Shown here piece after piece: positions 26,481-39,364 of a DNA stretch of 64,000 bases (position 1 is its first letter; each line of letters starts with the position of its first letter). Below the pieces are notes generated by a model. The model had not been told where the DNA came from and made no database searches. It saw only the letters and a program-made list of their open reading frames with translations. A program made the translations under genes and the position numbers. The DNA lies in contig JAQFVV010000002.1 in NCBI GenBank assembly GCA_028023455.1, positions 30,752,001-30,816,000 of the forward strand, read 5' to 3'. Source of the stretch: Epiperipatus broadwayi. Its lineage: Eukaryota > Animalia > Onychophora.

Positions 26481-26550
26481 CTGGTTAATAAAGTTATTGT
26501 CTGCAGCCAGAGTATGATTCTCTGAATTGCTTCACTTCTGAGCCTTCTAT
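26481..26550 (-). other. Candidate 70-nt spliced exon of an unidentified host transcript
   Basis: Acceptor tttctctcccctatgcag and donor cag|gtaagt. One open frame (RRLRSEAIQRIILWLQTITLLT). No homology recognised. Confidence 0.5.
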
Positions 26551-26649
26551 CTGCATAGGGGAGAGAAATGAGCATCAGGTTGTCTCCATTATTTTTTTGA
26601 ACCCATATTTAGATCAACTTTAATTGGCATGCCAATAATTCGTTAAAAA

Positions 26650-28000
26650 TGGTTCTTGTTTGTTTGAAAACCCATTCAAAATCTCTCATGCAGAAATTTA
26701 TTCATGTTTTTTATTAACAAAGTTATATATCTTCAATATTAAAATATTTGCACTGTTATTTAATCTTGTATGTGTATGTTATTTTACTATAATTTATTAT
26801 AAAGATAGTCCAATATTTTACATTTTCATATTTACATTGTTTATTGACATAACTTTTATATTTAACCGAGACCACCAAATTAGGTCAATTAAAAAAAAAG
26901 ACAGCTGATATAACTTTCAATCCATTAGCCCCTCTTCGCTCACAAAACAGCCATATTGAATATTAAAAAAATTATGTTAAGCCACAAATTTTTATCATAA
27001 CTTAAAAGTTTGTCTTATTAAAAAATGACATAATATATACTGCTTGAAACACAAAACACCAAAGAATGTAATTAAGCTGTAAAAGATATAGTCTTTGGTA
27101 TTCAAAGTAATAAAAAAAAGAGAAAAATTGATATTTCGAATAATTATTTTCATATTATTTCATAAATTCAAAGTTTTCATGCATAAATTTTACAATTGTG
27201 CTTTTGTTGTAGGTTAGTTACCTGCATCATTAAATTTCTAACAAATTGATATATAATACCTAAGGTAATGCATCACTTGAACACTTCTTAGAATAAAGAT
27301 GTTAGTACCTTTCATTTTTCCTATTAGCCCTTCAAAATGTTTTTCCATACAGGGGTTTGCAATGAATATATTATCCCTAATAACAAGTAGTTAATATTGA
27401 TCAATAATTAGAATAATTTGAATATTATAATAAAGAACTTCAATAAAGTTTGTAATTTATTAAAAAAAATTACTACTAAAATAGTCACTATATACAAAAT
27501 AAAACAAAATAAAAAGTGAATGAAATACTAAATTCAATATAGAAGTAAGCTTGAGGTACATAAATTAGTGATTTAGAGTCAGTGCAATATAGTATTATTT
27601 ATCCTATCTTTATAGATTTTGAGGGCTCATATTGCTTTATGCTACTATGACCAGTACATTTAGTAATAGCTTCATCAACTGCCACCTCTCTTTGCATTTG
27701 ATGTGCAACTTTGAAATTTACATTGCAGTAGTCTATAAACGGCCTAAGTTTATTTACTGTAAAATCTTTACTTTTAGCATTTGGCATATTTTTATTATTA
27801 TTAAAATGCAGACAAGACATAGAAAAAAATCTAACTTGGGTCATAATATTTGCAAAATATGTTTGTCTGTATCTCATATCAGAATTCTAGATATCATCTA
27901 ATTTATATACTGAACATTTGGACCCAAGCCCACACCATACCAAAAAATGCAGATAATTCACGATATAAATTTACACAATCACAAACTATTTTTTTGATCA
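26650..28000 (-). mobile_element. piggyBac transposase relic
   Basis: ELSAFFGMV, LHFNNN...KLRPFID...VAVDEAITKCTGHSSIKQYEPSKSIKIG (first catalytic D region) and DNIFIAN (second D region). TIRs not found. Confidence 0.8.
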
Positions 28001-28289
28001 GTGTATATGTTAATTTCAATAATAATTTTTTCGTATATTTTTTTATCAAATATAAATTCAAATAATAATTTAAAAATATATAAAATTACTTACCAGTGGA
28101 AGGTTTTTCTCAAAAATGTTTACTTATTTTTTGCTCTAAGTAGATCAGTAAAATCTTGCATTTTTTTCCAATGTAAATTTCAGGCTAGATGTAATTCTAT
28201 AAAAAATAAAAAAACTGAGAAAAAGACAAAAAATTCAATTTACTTCTTACAAAAATTATCGTAGAAAAATAAAACAGTAATAGTATGAA

Positions 28290-30210
28290 TACTGAACCTT
28301 ACTATTTGATGGCGCTCTTTTTCATCCAATGCACATCAATATTACCGATTCACGGGCCGTCTGTTTGTTTACATAATATTACGGTAAAATATTTTTTTGT
28401 TTTTTTTTCAACCGGTTTTTAATTTTTTTTTCTTCGTCGGCCCATCTGTTTGGTTTACATAATATTACGGTAAACCATCAAAGTTTTTTTTTATATTCCA
28501 CCTGGGTTTTTTTTATTCATTTTTTAATAAACAAATACTTTGTTTTTAGATGGTCTAGGGGTGTTGGTTTGTTTTTAAATTATCGACTAACTGTCCGTCG
28601 GTTTCTTTACATAATATTACTTACGGTAAACCAAAGTTTTTTTTTTCACCCGTTTTTTAAATTTTTTTTAAAGAAACAAACACTTTGTTTTTAGATGGTG
28701 TTAGAGGGGTGTTGATTTGCTTTGAAATTATTGATTAACGCTCCGTCGGTTTGTTTACACAAAAATACGGTAATAAACACTTTGTTGTTTTTAGATGGTG
28801 GACGGGGGGGGGGGTTGGTTGTTTGCTTTGAACTTATCTTCTTTTTTTTTTTGGTTGATGTTTTGATTTGCTGAAAGACTTCAACAATTCGGTACTTTTG
28901 AATAAACAAACACTTGGTTTTTTAGAGGATGGAGGGGAGAGGGATTGTTTTGATTTTGAATTGTCGTCTTTTTTTTTTTTTTGGTTAATTTATCTTTCCT
29001 CTACAGAAAGCTATATTATATGATAGTGAAAAGTTCTTTCTTAAATTTTGGGCCTTTAATTTTAAAAAAGACATAAACAGTTCATTTTTAAAGAACCCTT
29101 CTTTTTTTAAGCCGGGGGAGATGGGGTGGTGGTGGGGAAGGTTTGTTTTGATTTTTAATTATCGACTTCTTTTTGGATTTTCTTTTTGAACATTTTATTA
29201 TGTTACTGCACAGTTCTTTATTATTATTATTATATATATATATTTGGGGGGGGGGGCTTTTGAATAAACTCTTAAACACTTCTTTTTTTATTTTGGTATA
29301 ATAAAATATTACCTATTTTAATTAACTGTTAATGAAACTTATCAAATATTACCTACCTACTTTCTAATCATGTGAACAACAACAAAAAACAACAGCTTCC
29401 CATAAAATAATTTATTGAATCAAAAATAAATGAAATTTTGGACAAGTTGTGAACCAAAACAAGTAACAAAAAAAAAAACACCATTTTTGGGGGCATAAAA
29501 AAAAAAAAGCCAAAAGTAACACGCAAATAAAATAACAGAGAAGCCTCAAAGCTGTAAGAAAAGTAACACACAAATAAAATAACAGGGAAGCCTCAAAGCT
29601 GTAAGTAATGGGATTTTGGAGCCCTCAAACCAACTTCCCTTACAGTTCTCACATGGATTAACGCATAAACGGGCATTTGCACGCGAAATCGGAAACAACT
29701 CTGCTGAAAAGAAGAACCTTTTCAAGTTGTGTGCAGTTCAAAAGTGTAGGGAAGCGTGTGTGATGACATGACAATTCTTAATATGGAATACTAATTCCAC
29801 TACGCTTTTTAAAAATTTCTGACAATAAATTTTTGCAGAGTTTTGTCTTTTTCAAATACGGCCATCATTAAATCAGTCTGTAGTGAGAGTTCAAGAGCAC
29901 TCACTTGATGAATACTGTCACAATGTAATGGGCGTAGTATTTCATTACATTATCGTAGAATACATCACCCTCAGACGGTCTGTTATGGCTCAAAAACACC
30001 TATTATAGTATCAGCCATAAATTAAGGCCACTAAAACGGTATATTGATGTGCATTTTGTGAAAAATGATGCCATCAAACGGGGGGTTTAGTATTCATACT
30101 ACTACCAATAAAACTTACTTTTTCTGAAACTAGAAAAAAAGATGGAAATGAAGATGTAAAAGGTGCATGCGTAGACTGTGTAGATTTCTGGTAGTTTTAA
30201 ACTGAAACTG
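28290..30210. promoter_or_regulatory. CpG-retaining region with degenerate tandem motifs; possible promoter
   Basis: Visibly more CpG than the flanks. Motif ccgtc(t/g)gtttgtttacataatattacggtaaa occurs four times in 28355-28780. Confidence 0.35.
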
Positions 30211-33200
30211 GATGTTGAAAATTTGAAAATTCATGGAGTCATTGTGTGGTTGTAATAATGAAAAAGTTAAAATTATTCTTTGTTTAAAAAAACCCATCAG
30301 AACCTGTCACAGACATAACTTGTTTATGTTAAAAATAGTTTCACTTGTTTTAATTTAATAATAAAATATTTACATTACTGTATTATTTTATTTTTTAACA
30401 CTTATTAATAGCTAAGTCATTATATTTATTACATTCTATTATATAGTTTGACCATTAGGGATTTAGTCAGGATTTATTTAGGGGAATAAAATTTAAATTT
30501 TCACATTTAGATTGTTTATTCAATGCATTTTTAGAAGCCATTAAAACACCTTGCATTTTATTTTGTTTATTCATAGATTGCGTTGGCTAATTATAAAAAA
30601 ATAGTCAAACACTTTATATACTATGGACAAATATCCAACATAAAAAATTATTTGTCTACAATATTATAGATATGTACTTAATTCGAATCTTAGTTTCACT
30701 TCAGTTCTATTTGTTCTATCGTCTTTTACCCACTCCTCCATCTCATGTAAATTTAAACCCTAAATATTGGACTGTGTGCATATAAAGGTACTAGATATAT
30801 ATGTAAAAGTTTGTTAAATATACCGTGTGTGCATACCCACTCTGATATCGGTAAATATTAAATTAAATAACGTAACTTAAATAATTTGTTAAATTATCAT
30901 ATTAAAAATCCATTGTGTAAATAATTATTTAAGTCAATTTTATGTATAATATTTTTGTTATAAACTTGAAAATCTGTTTATAACTTATAAATGTACAAAA
31001 ATAGAAATCCCTCCTGTTTATTTAACATTGCAAAGTCATAGTGGGTGGGGAGAGACAATAGAATACTAAGAAATATTCCTAAAAGCTTTTTAATTAGTTT
31101 TAAAGAAAAGTGAAATCTGCATTATAGTCAGGTCAGGAGTAATAGACCAAAAATAAAGTACAGAAATTCATTCGGATTGAAAATACAAATTTAACATGTG
31201 CTGCTAATGCATCAGTTTACCTTGGGGTATTGCATTAGTGGACCTGAGAGATTCTGACTACGTAATGTCAGATGGATCCGCAAGATAAGGAATAAAAAGT
31301 ATAAAAGAGGGAAATTACTGAATTTTTGGTTCTGAATCTTATATGTTATATTTAAGAAGCATTCCTGTGCCGATCATTTAAAAGTAAATCATCATGTTGT
31401 TTTATATTACCATGGTTGAGTAGTAAGGCTTGTGCTGTTCTCCCCTGGGGAATGGTTGAAGTACGTTGAATCTCCTACTTGCTCTACAATGAACTGATAA
31501 TACTTACTAAAATCTATACGCTGCTGCCTGATTAAATTGCTGCCATTAACCAAAATCTTGAAATGAACTGTCGGAGAAAACTGCTGCTTATGGACTGTAA
31601 AGGATCACTCATCAATGTGCACGTTCGACTGAATCCAAAGGTAACCAGTACCCAAAATCTTTAAAAACATTCATTCCTTAATCTAAAGCTATAGCTCGTA
31701 TATACAATCTGTATTTTTTATAATTTTTCTTCTACTTATGTAAACTCTGTTAAAACTAGAATAAAATATATTAAGAATCTGTAACTATTTAAAATATTTA
31801 TTCCCTTTTGTCTTGGGTATCTATTATTATTTATTTATTTATGTAACTGATTTCATGCCTAGATAATTTCCGACCTGGCTAGCTAGTTTTATTAAATGTT
31901 ATAATTCGTAATCTTCACCAAGATAAGCGAAACCATCAATATAATATGATGATAATAACCTCATTTTGCACTAATAAGTTGCCAGCTTGGGAATTATCCA
32001 TCCTTATTCTTAAATGATCTATTAATGGATGCGTTCTCCTGATGTCATATTACTATGCTTCCCATTATTATTATGTATTTAAAATAAATTGCCATGACTA
32101 TAGAGATGCATATTAGTTAGGAATGCGAGTGTACCACAATTTGTTACGAGCAGATTTGTCAAATTAGCAATAGAAATAAGATGGAATTTTAATCTCCTTT
32201 TTTTAGTAATTGGTTTACATTTAATTTATTTATGCTAACTAACCAATATCAGGTTATTCGAGGGCTTGCAAGTAAAATAACTCGTAAATGTGGGCCTTGG
32301 AAATGAATCATCATTTTAAAGCAAGTATTAAATATATATATATATAATTATGTTCTATAAATGATAGATGTTATAGCTTAGCAATGCCATATTCTCTTTT
32401 AAAGCCATGGAAATTGCCGGATACTTATGCACAAAGGTATCGTTCCACTCCCATACAGTAGGGCATACTCAGAAGTTTGCCCATGGGTACTGAGTCCATC
32501 ATGCGGTCGGATAGTAACAGCGGCAGAAGTCCATTACATTCGAACCTGCTTATATGACCGATCTCATAGGGTCCCAGGCACAAATCCTGCCCATGAGTTT
32601 TATATTTCCCCTATGGCTTCATTGTCTCACAGTTTACTCTTTAATTATTATATGGCATTCCTACACATACCACCTCTTGTCTAATTAATTATTTTCTTAT
32701 TGTATGCTTATGATTACATTTTCCAAGTCTTCTTATGATTACATTTTCCAAGTCTTCTACGTTATCTGCTCTCAAATAACAGGCCCCTAGAATTAATTAT
32801 ATGGATAAAACTTTGAATGTATAATCTGTTGCTAAGGCGAGTAGATTCGCTACCGCAAACCTTATTAACTGTTTTGCCTCACATTGTAACTGATAGATAT
32901 GATTAATATTTAGGTATGAAATAACTCTTAGCTTTTGTTAATACCCAAATGGCCTGATCAAATAAATAAAGTATTACCAATTTAATTTCGTATTAGGAGT
33001 CTCGGAAATTACTGAACTCAAAGCGTGTAACTGAACATTATTTTAATATTAAATATATTGTGTTTTAATTTTATCTGCATCCATATGTCTGTTCTTTAAT
33101 GCCTTATAGCCATAGTATCTCACCTCGATAATAAGTTACATGTATAAAGATTATGCATGAGTAAATTAATCATAATAAACATAGGTTTAGTTAGTTAGAG

Positions 33201-33539
33201 TCTCTTGTATCTTTCTGACCCCCATGGCCTGAAAGATGTTTGCTAGTATGGGGCATGGTCCCATAGTTGTATGTTGTGGAATCGATCTACTAGGTTCAAA
33301 CATGGCACTGCAGGCCCTGAACTTATCTGTTGTGCTGCACTTTGAATGTGGTGGTTAAATTGTGCAACTAGTTAGCGAGGCATATGAATTCTGACTATTA
33401 CAATATAATAATCAATCTAAATAAAATTGAAACAAACAAGCAATTATATTTACAATTATTTAATTATCAAACCGGCTTTCATATCTTATTGAGACCTTTT
33501 CAAGATGTAAAGTTTTATACGTCACATATTTATTTATAT

Positions 33540-33950
33540 AGGTGTAGCATTACCTTAAATTTCAATAATCAAAAATCTAAGGACCCAGGTTCGAATCCCA
33601 TGCTAGTACTGTCACTGGTCAGGCCAGCAACACCTGAAGAAGAGGGGAGAAAAATACCTCTCGAAACGTTGTGCATATACTAACCTGTTTGCTGTGATAT
33701 TACTAACAGTTAGTGCATATACTAACCTGTTTGCTGTGATATTATTAACATTTGTTTGCTGTGATATTACTAACAGTTGGTGCATATACTAACCTGTTTG
33801 CTGTGATATTACTAACAGTTGAATGCATTTGGAATATTTAACTAAAATTAAACCTTTCTAAAGACATTCAACACGCATATTAGATGTTGGAAATAGTCCA
33901 ATATAAAAATACAGCTAGAATACCATCATCACAAACCTTCAGAAAAACAC
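33540..33950 (+). mobile_element. Family C element: tRNA-like B box + HHR + 42-bp tandem repeats + shared tail
   Basis: ggttcgaatccc at about 33588. Homologous to 38130-38420, 48150-48440 and 37460-37520 (-). Confidence 0.75.
33631..33673 (+). ncRNA. Minimal PLE-type hammerhead ribozyme (family C)
   Basis: CAC CUGAAGA AGAGG-loop-CCUCU C GAAA CG UU GUG. Palindromic ACGU helix III. Distal cagcaa/ttgctg pairing extends helix I. Confidence 0.7.
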
Positions 33951-36015
33951 AATATATTTATATAGTTTAAATTTTTTTATTTTATGTATTTTTATTTTAC
34001 ATCATTTATTTATATGTTTATATTTCTAAGGTTAATTGTATTGTTGAAGATAGAAGAATGTCTAATAGATGGAATAAATGTAATTGATAAGTCATGTGAT
34101 GTATAAAACTTTATATAATGACAAGGTCTTAATAAGAGATGAAAGCCTGTTTGATAATTAAATAATTGTAAATGTAATTGGTTGCTTGTTTCAATTTTAT
34201 TTGGATTAATTATTATATCAAACCCTTTGTTCCATTAAATATATTTTTTAAATTTTGTTAATAGTGCAATCATGTAGGGGTTTTATTACAATTAAGAGAA
34301 TTGCATTAATTATATTGTTATCATGAAATTCGTTAAGAATTAAATATTTTAGCATGTAAGAAAAGCTGTTCAGTAAAAGTAAAACGTATAAAAAAATACG
34401 GAATAAACAAATGAAAATATGGTATATAAAAAAGTAATATTATTAAAAATAACAAACCAGTCTCTACCTTGAGTGAGAGGGTTGTAGTGAAAATTACATT
34501 AGAGAAATATTCATTATTGGATAATCTCTAGCATAATGAAGGACTAATAAAAAATATTAATAGATAAAATACTGTTTCTACATTTGTGGAAGGAATCCGA
34601 ACAAAAAAGAGATGATAAATGAAAATTTATTTTGGTGTAAAATTTGTCATTGTTCATCAAAATGAGTTCTGTAAGGGTTAATAACAAATATTAACCAACA
34701 GTCATTTTAATTTGATAATTTATTATTAATAAATGTAAATTTTCCCCTCATATTTACTGAAATAAATGATAAAAAAATGGAAAAATTATTAATTTTAAGT
34801 GTAACTAAGATAAACGTTTGTGGATAATGGTACGGAAATCTGTTTTTTAAATCCGCCACATTTGAAATGGTAATGGAGTTTCTGAGGCGAAAAAATTATA
34901 AATAAATATTATAACTTATATACGTAGTTTTGTTCAAACGGATTATTCTAATAATAGTTAAATATATATATAATAAAAAAAAAAAAATCGATTATAATTC
35001 TTCACTCTTAATTTTGTAATTTATAAGAGCGAATAAAATAACATTAAATTTTATTGGAAAAAGAAATTGAATATACAAACATAGTTTGCTTACAAATTAT
35101 TTACTAAAGGCATATCTATTCTTTTCGGAGTTGATTTCCTGTTTACTCTAAATTATTAATTTTTGTTGTATCATCATCTACATTTATTTTTTTTTGCCTT
35201 CTCAATCTTTTTTCACTTTCCCACAATATTTAAGTTTAGCTCCCGCCTATGCTATCTATTATTATATATATTTTAAAGTACTCCCCCCCCCCCTTCCATA
35301 TTTCTCTTTGCACATAATATTTTTAAACTGTCTTTTTTTATGTTTGAAATTGTCTGCTTTTTCTGAAATTTATTATCGTTTTCTTATTTTTAGCGTCCTT
35401 CCCTCTTCCCTGCCGATTTCTTTTTTTTTTTAAACTTTTAAAATTGCTGTATGTTGTTTAATATTATACAAAGAACATTAGACGGGTTTGATAATAATAA
35501 ATTTTTTATTAGTAAGAGAAACAAACTTTGTTTTTTTTTTTAATCCGAAATGTTTTTAAATTACTCTATTTTTATTACGAAATGGAATAATAATACATTG
35601 TCAGCCTTTTTTTTTTTTTGTATTTCTTATGTGTATGAGTATTTGTAATGTATATATGAATACATTTTGGAAAGTGATTTATATAGTTTTTAATGTGCGT
35701 GTACGCATGTCATCAAAATCAGTTAACTCTTAACCAATCCCAATATCAGTAACCATCAATAATCTCGATCTACTGTTAAGGCAACCTCCTTTAACATTAA
35801 AGGTGGAATCCCATCTTTATTTGTGGTCCAATAGATTTATATAGACACTAAAGATTGCTGCTCTATCACAGAGACTGAAATTATTGATGCAAAGAAATTT
35901 AAATAAACAAACAGGTAAATATAACTTGTTTTGAATGCTGACTAATAAATAGTCAATTATAACATTACAAACTGCAATTATAATTTTCAAATTGCACCCA
36001 AAGTATTACTTAAAT

Positions 36016-36509
36016 CAAGGGTGGGCATATAGCGGCCCAAGGGCCACATGTGGCCTGCGAAGAGTTTTTATGCAGCCGGCCAAGACAATCAGAAAAATCC
36101 GCTTTGAGCTGAGGTTTCCTTCCCATGCGCGACCGAAGATTCGTCTCGTATTTTCCACTAGGATGGACACATCAATACACATGTGCAGTGTAGATACGAT
36201 GTGCAGTGCTTTTCCAGTTGATCTGGTTAATTTCAATTTTGCCTTTGCATTAGCAAATATATACATTTCCAACTTTAGTGAAACCATGAACCCTCCGAAA
36301 AAATATAAAATCAGTGGTGAATGTCATGTGTTTAATGAAGAAAGGACAAACAAATATTTCTTTGATAATACAGGGAATAAAGCAGTGTGTTTATTGGGTC
36401 ATGAAAAAAATGTGCGGCCCTCCGCTAACCTTCGTTTCCACAAAGTGGCCCTCGATGCGGCCATCCGCCAACCTGTGCGGCCCCGAGCCAAAATAATTGC
36501 CCACCCCTG
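36016..36509 (+). mobile_element. hAT (Charlie/SPIN-like) internal-deletion derivative, 8-bp TSD
   Basis: TIR CAAGGGTGGGCA / TGCCCACCCCTG; TSD ACTTAAAT. Retains transposase N-terminus MNPPKKYKISGECHVFNEERTNKYFF...KAVCLL. Confidence 0.92.
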
Positions 36510-38459
36510 ACTTAAATAATAAGTGTAATAAAGCTCGAGACTAAATGGGTTTATAAGTAATCACTAAAATACTCAACACTTAAACAATCCCAATATCAAT
36601 AACAATCAATAATCTCAATTCATTGTCTAGGTAACTTTTTAACAATAATGACGGAATCCTACCTTTATTTATGGTCCAATATATTTATATGTATATGTTA
36701 CTCACCTGCAAATTCATGAAATTTGGATACAATCATATAAATATTTATTGTATGAACATATTTTTGACATCATTTAATGACAGAAATGTAAGTGCGTACT
36801 AATTCGACATTTTTTTTTTGGTTTTATTTTATGGATAAAGTCTTAAAGTTATGGTAAAAATATGTAATAGAAACTTGATATCAGTTTCATGAGCAAATGA
36901 GAGATAAATGTCAGGATACAAGATGTCAAATTGTGAATATATGAATAGTCGAAGCATCAGTATCCAAAAGTGTCAAACTATTTAATGTTTTAAAATCGCT
37001 AGTCTCGAAGATAATTAAAGATTTCTTTAGTAAGCTTACATTTTTTGTGTCTTCTAATCTATCCATGTAACCATCCAGTAATAGTTAATAAATCGGTGTA
37101 TAGCTATTTTTTATTTGAAGAGTAAAGACTCTAGAATAATAAAGATTGGTGAATTGAGTTTGATGTATTTATCGTAAAATAAAAATGCAATTGCAATATT
37201 ATGATGTTGCTTCACCGTTAGTGAAGAAAGTATTGTACGTTTATGGATGTTAAGTCGATAGTTGACCATTACCTTTTAATTTTCAATGATGTTGTCTACA
37301 TTTACTAGAGATAAAAAAATAAAATCTAGAATTAGTTATTAAACATATTTAGAAAAATTCAAACCTTATTTAAACTTTTCAGGTACATTCAATTGTTAGT
37401 AAGAGTACTCAAATTAGTATATAGTGCAATCTTTTGAGTGGTATTCTCTTTTTTTCATATATCACCTGCCTGTCCAATGACAGTATTAACATGGGGATCG
37501 AACTTGGGGTCTTCAGCTTTACGAATAGAGAATTGGCAGACTAGCCTACTTGATTAAAACAGCGATGCACAACCCATGGGTCACAGAAAAATTGTTGAGG
37601 ATCTTCATGTTGGATAATAAATTTTTAATTGAAAAAGACAAACACCTAAACACTATTACAAATACATAAAAACTGCTCAACTCATTATTGTGTGTCTGAC
37701 TACTTTTGCGTTTAAACACTTCCTTCTTTATATTCTAATAAACAGCACACCATAATGGCACTTTGTTTATATTGCTCTGATCTTTCTTTTTCATTCTCAA
37801 AGTTTTGTTCTTTGTGCTAGTATCCTCCTCTAACATTGATATGTGGTACTACATTCTTGAATGTACACATTTTCTCGAACACGCTAAGAAGTTGTGATTG
37901 CTATAAATCAACAGAAGTGCTAAGAAACAAGTATTAAATTATATATATTTTTATTAAGATGCAGTTTTTTCAAAGATGTATATATTGAAATATAATATGA
38001 TATATATTTGTATCTGATAAATTAGGCTTATAATAACGTAACGGGTCACGTAAAATTTCAGTCTGAGTATGGGAATTGCAAGTGTAAAAAGGGGTACCAC
38101 TGGATTAGAGCCCCACTTTAAATTCGGTATTCATGAATATAAAGGTCTTATATTCAATTCCTGCACTACTTCTGCCACTGGTTAGGCAGGTGACACCTGA
38201 ACAAGAGGAGAATAATTCCACTCAAAATACTGTACTGTTTCATATATTATTCTGCATGATTACTACTAATGGTTGAATGCATTTGAAAGGTCCAAATGAA
38301 GTTTGGATGTTTCTAAAACAATTTCACCATTAATTTTAATGATGTAATTAGTCCAATATATAATTATGAGTAGTGAAACATTCAGACAAAGACTAAAAAT
38401 AAATGTGTAACAAATCACTGCAGATGTGGATTTCCAATGTGAGTGCATTGATATAGAAG

Positions 38460-38940
38460 TGACTGGGTCATGACCATTAGTATTGAATGATAGATGATTG
38501 GAACTAAAGCATAGTTAACCAATTCATAACATTTTTTTTCCAACTTATGGAACATGAACATCCCCTTCATATTGCAATTCAAACAACGCCATCATCTTTG
38601 AAGAGGATAATTCTCCAACTCATTTAGCTCTTATAGTGAAATATTAATTTTAGAAAAAATGAGAATGACATTTTATTGTAGGTGTTAAATGAACCTCGAA
38701 AGAGTGGCGGAGTCTTAAAGATCATTTTTTAGAAAAAATAATATCTCTCTAGACACTGATCAAATGATATATAATTCAATTTCCCATGAAGTAATGGCAG
38801 TTCTCGATGCAAATGATGGCCCTATAATAAAAGTATCGGCCATTTTCAGTATTTTTTAAAATTTATATGGTGTAAAAGCAGTATAGCTACAAAAGTTTCA
38901 TTGTATGGAATACATACATTTATACTCTGGGTAGCCACTG
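38460..38940 (+). mobile_element. Tc1-like transposase 3' relic
   Basis: AIIFEEDNSPTH (cf. FQQDNAP.H) and NSISHEVMAVLDANDGP (cf. SMPRR..AVI.A.GGPT). Putative TIR end ...gtagccactg. Confidence 0.55.
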
Positions 38941-39081
38941 ATAAATGAGTATGGCCATTCTGACTTTAAGAATTAAAGAAAGTCAGAAAAAAATGTCGCA
39001 GAAATCAATTTTGCAGCAACTATACAAACCATTTTGTGAACAACAAATATGTCCTCATGTAGAACATGATGATTCATTTTT

Positions 39082-39344
39082 AAAACAGACAAAACTCTCT
39101 ATACGTAGTGCTATTCAGTGCAAGCCAGAGTAATCAATGGATGCCAGAAGGCTTGTGCATAAAATCCCTATCTTAGTGCCTACTCATTCAATATCCCCAG
39201 ACCAGTTTCTGACTTGTGGCCTTCGTCAGTGAGGAACTTCGTATCTGAGAGCACTGCACCTAAATCTTCTACTGTATAGAGAGTTTTTCCTGTTTTAATA
39301 ATAGTTATGAGCAAGCATAGGAAATGGTGATCATGTGATGTTTA
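39082..39344. mobile_element. Family A two-armed inverted insertion (A4), 13-bp TSD
   Basis: TSD ATGATTCATTTTT at 39069-39081 and 39345-39357. Antisense HHR at about 39195-39236. Confidence 0.85.
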
Positions 39345-39364
39345 ATGATTCATTTTTCTGTTTA

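Noticed and set aside
33671-33821. CRISPR-like repeat array
   Set aside because: Contiguous tandem units with no unique spacers, in a eukaryotic context with no cas genes.
35992-36510. 172-aa ORF as a host gene
   Set aside because: It lies essentially within the hAT derivative. Only about 40 codons are transposase-like.
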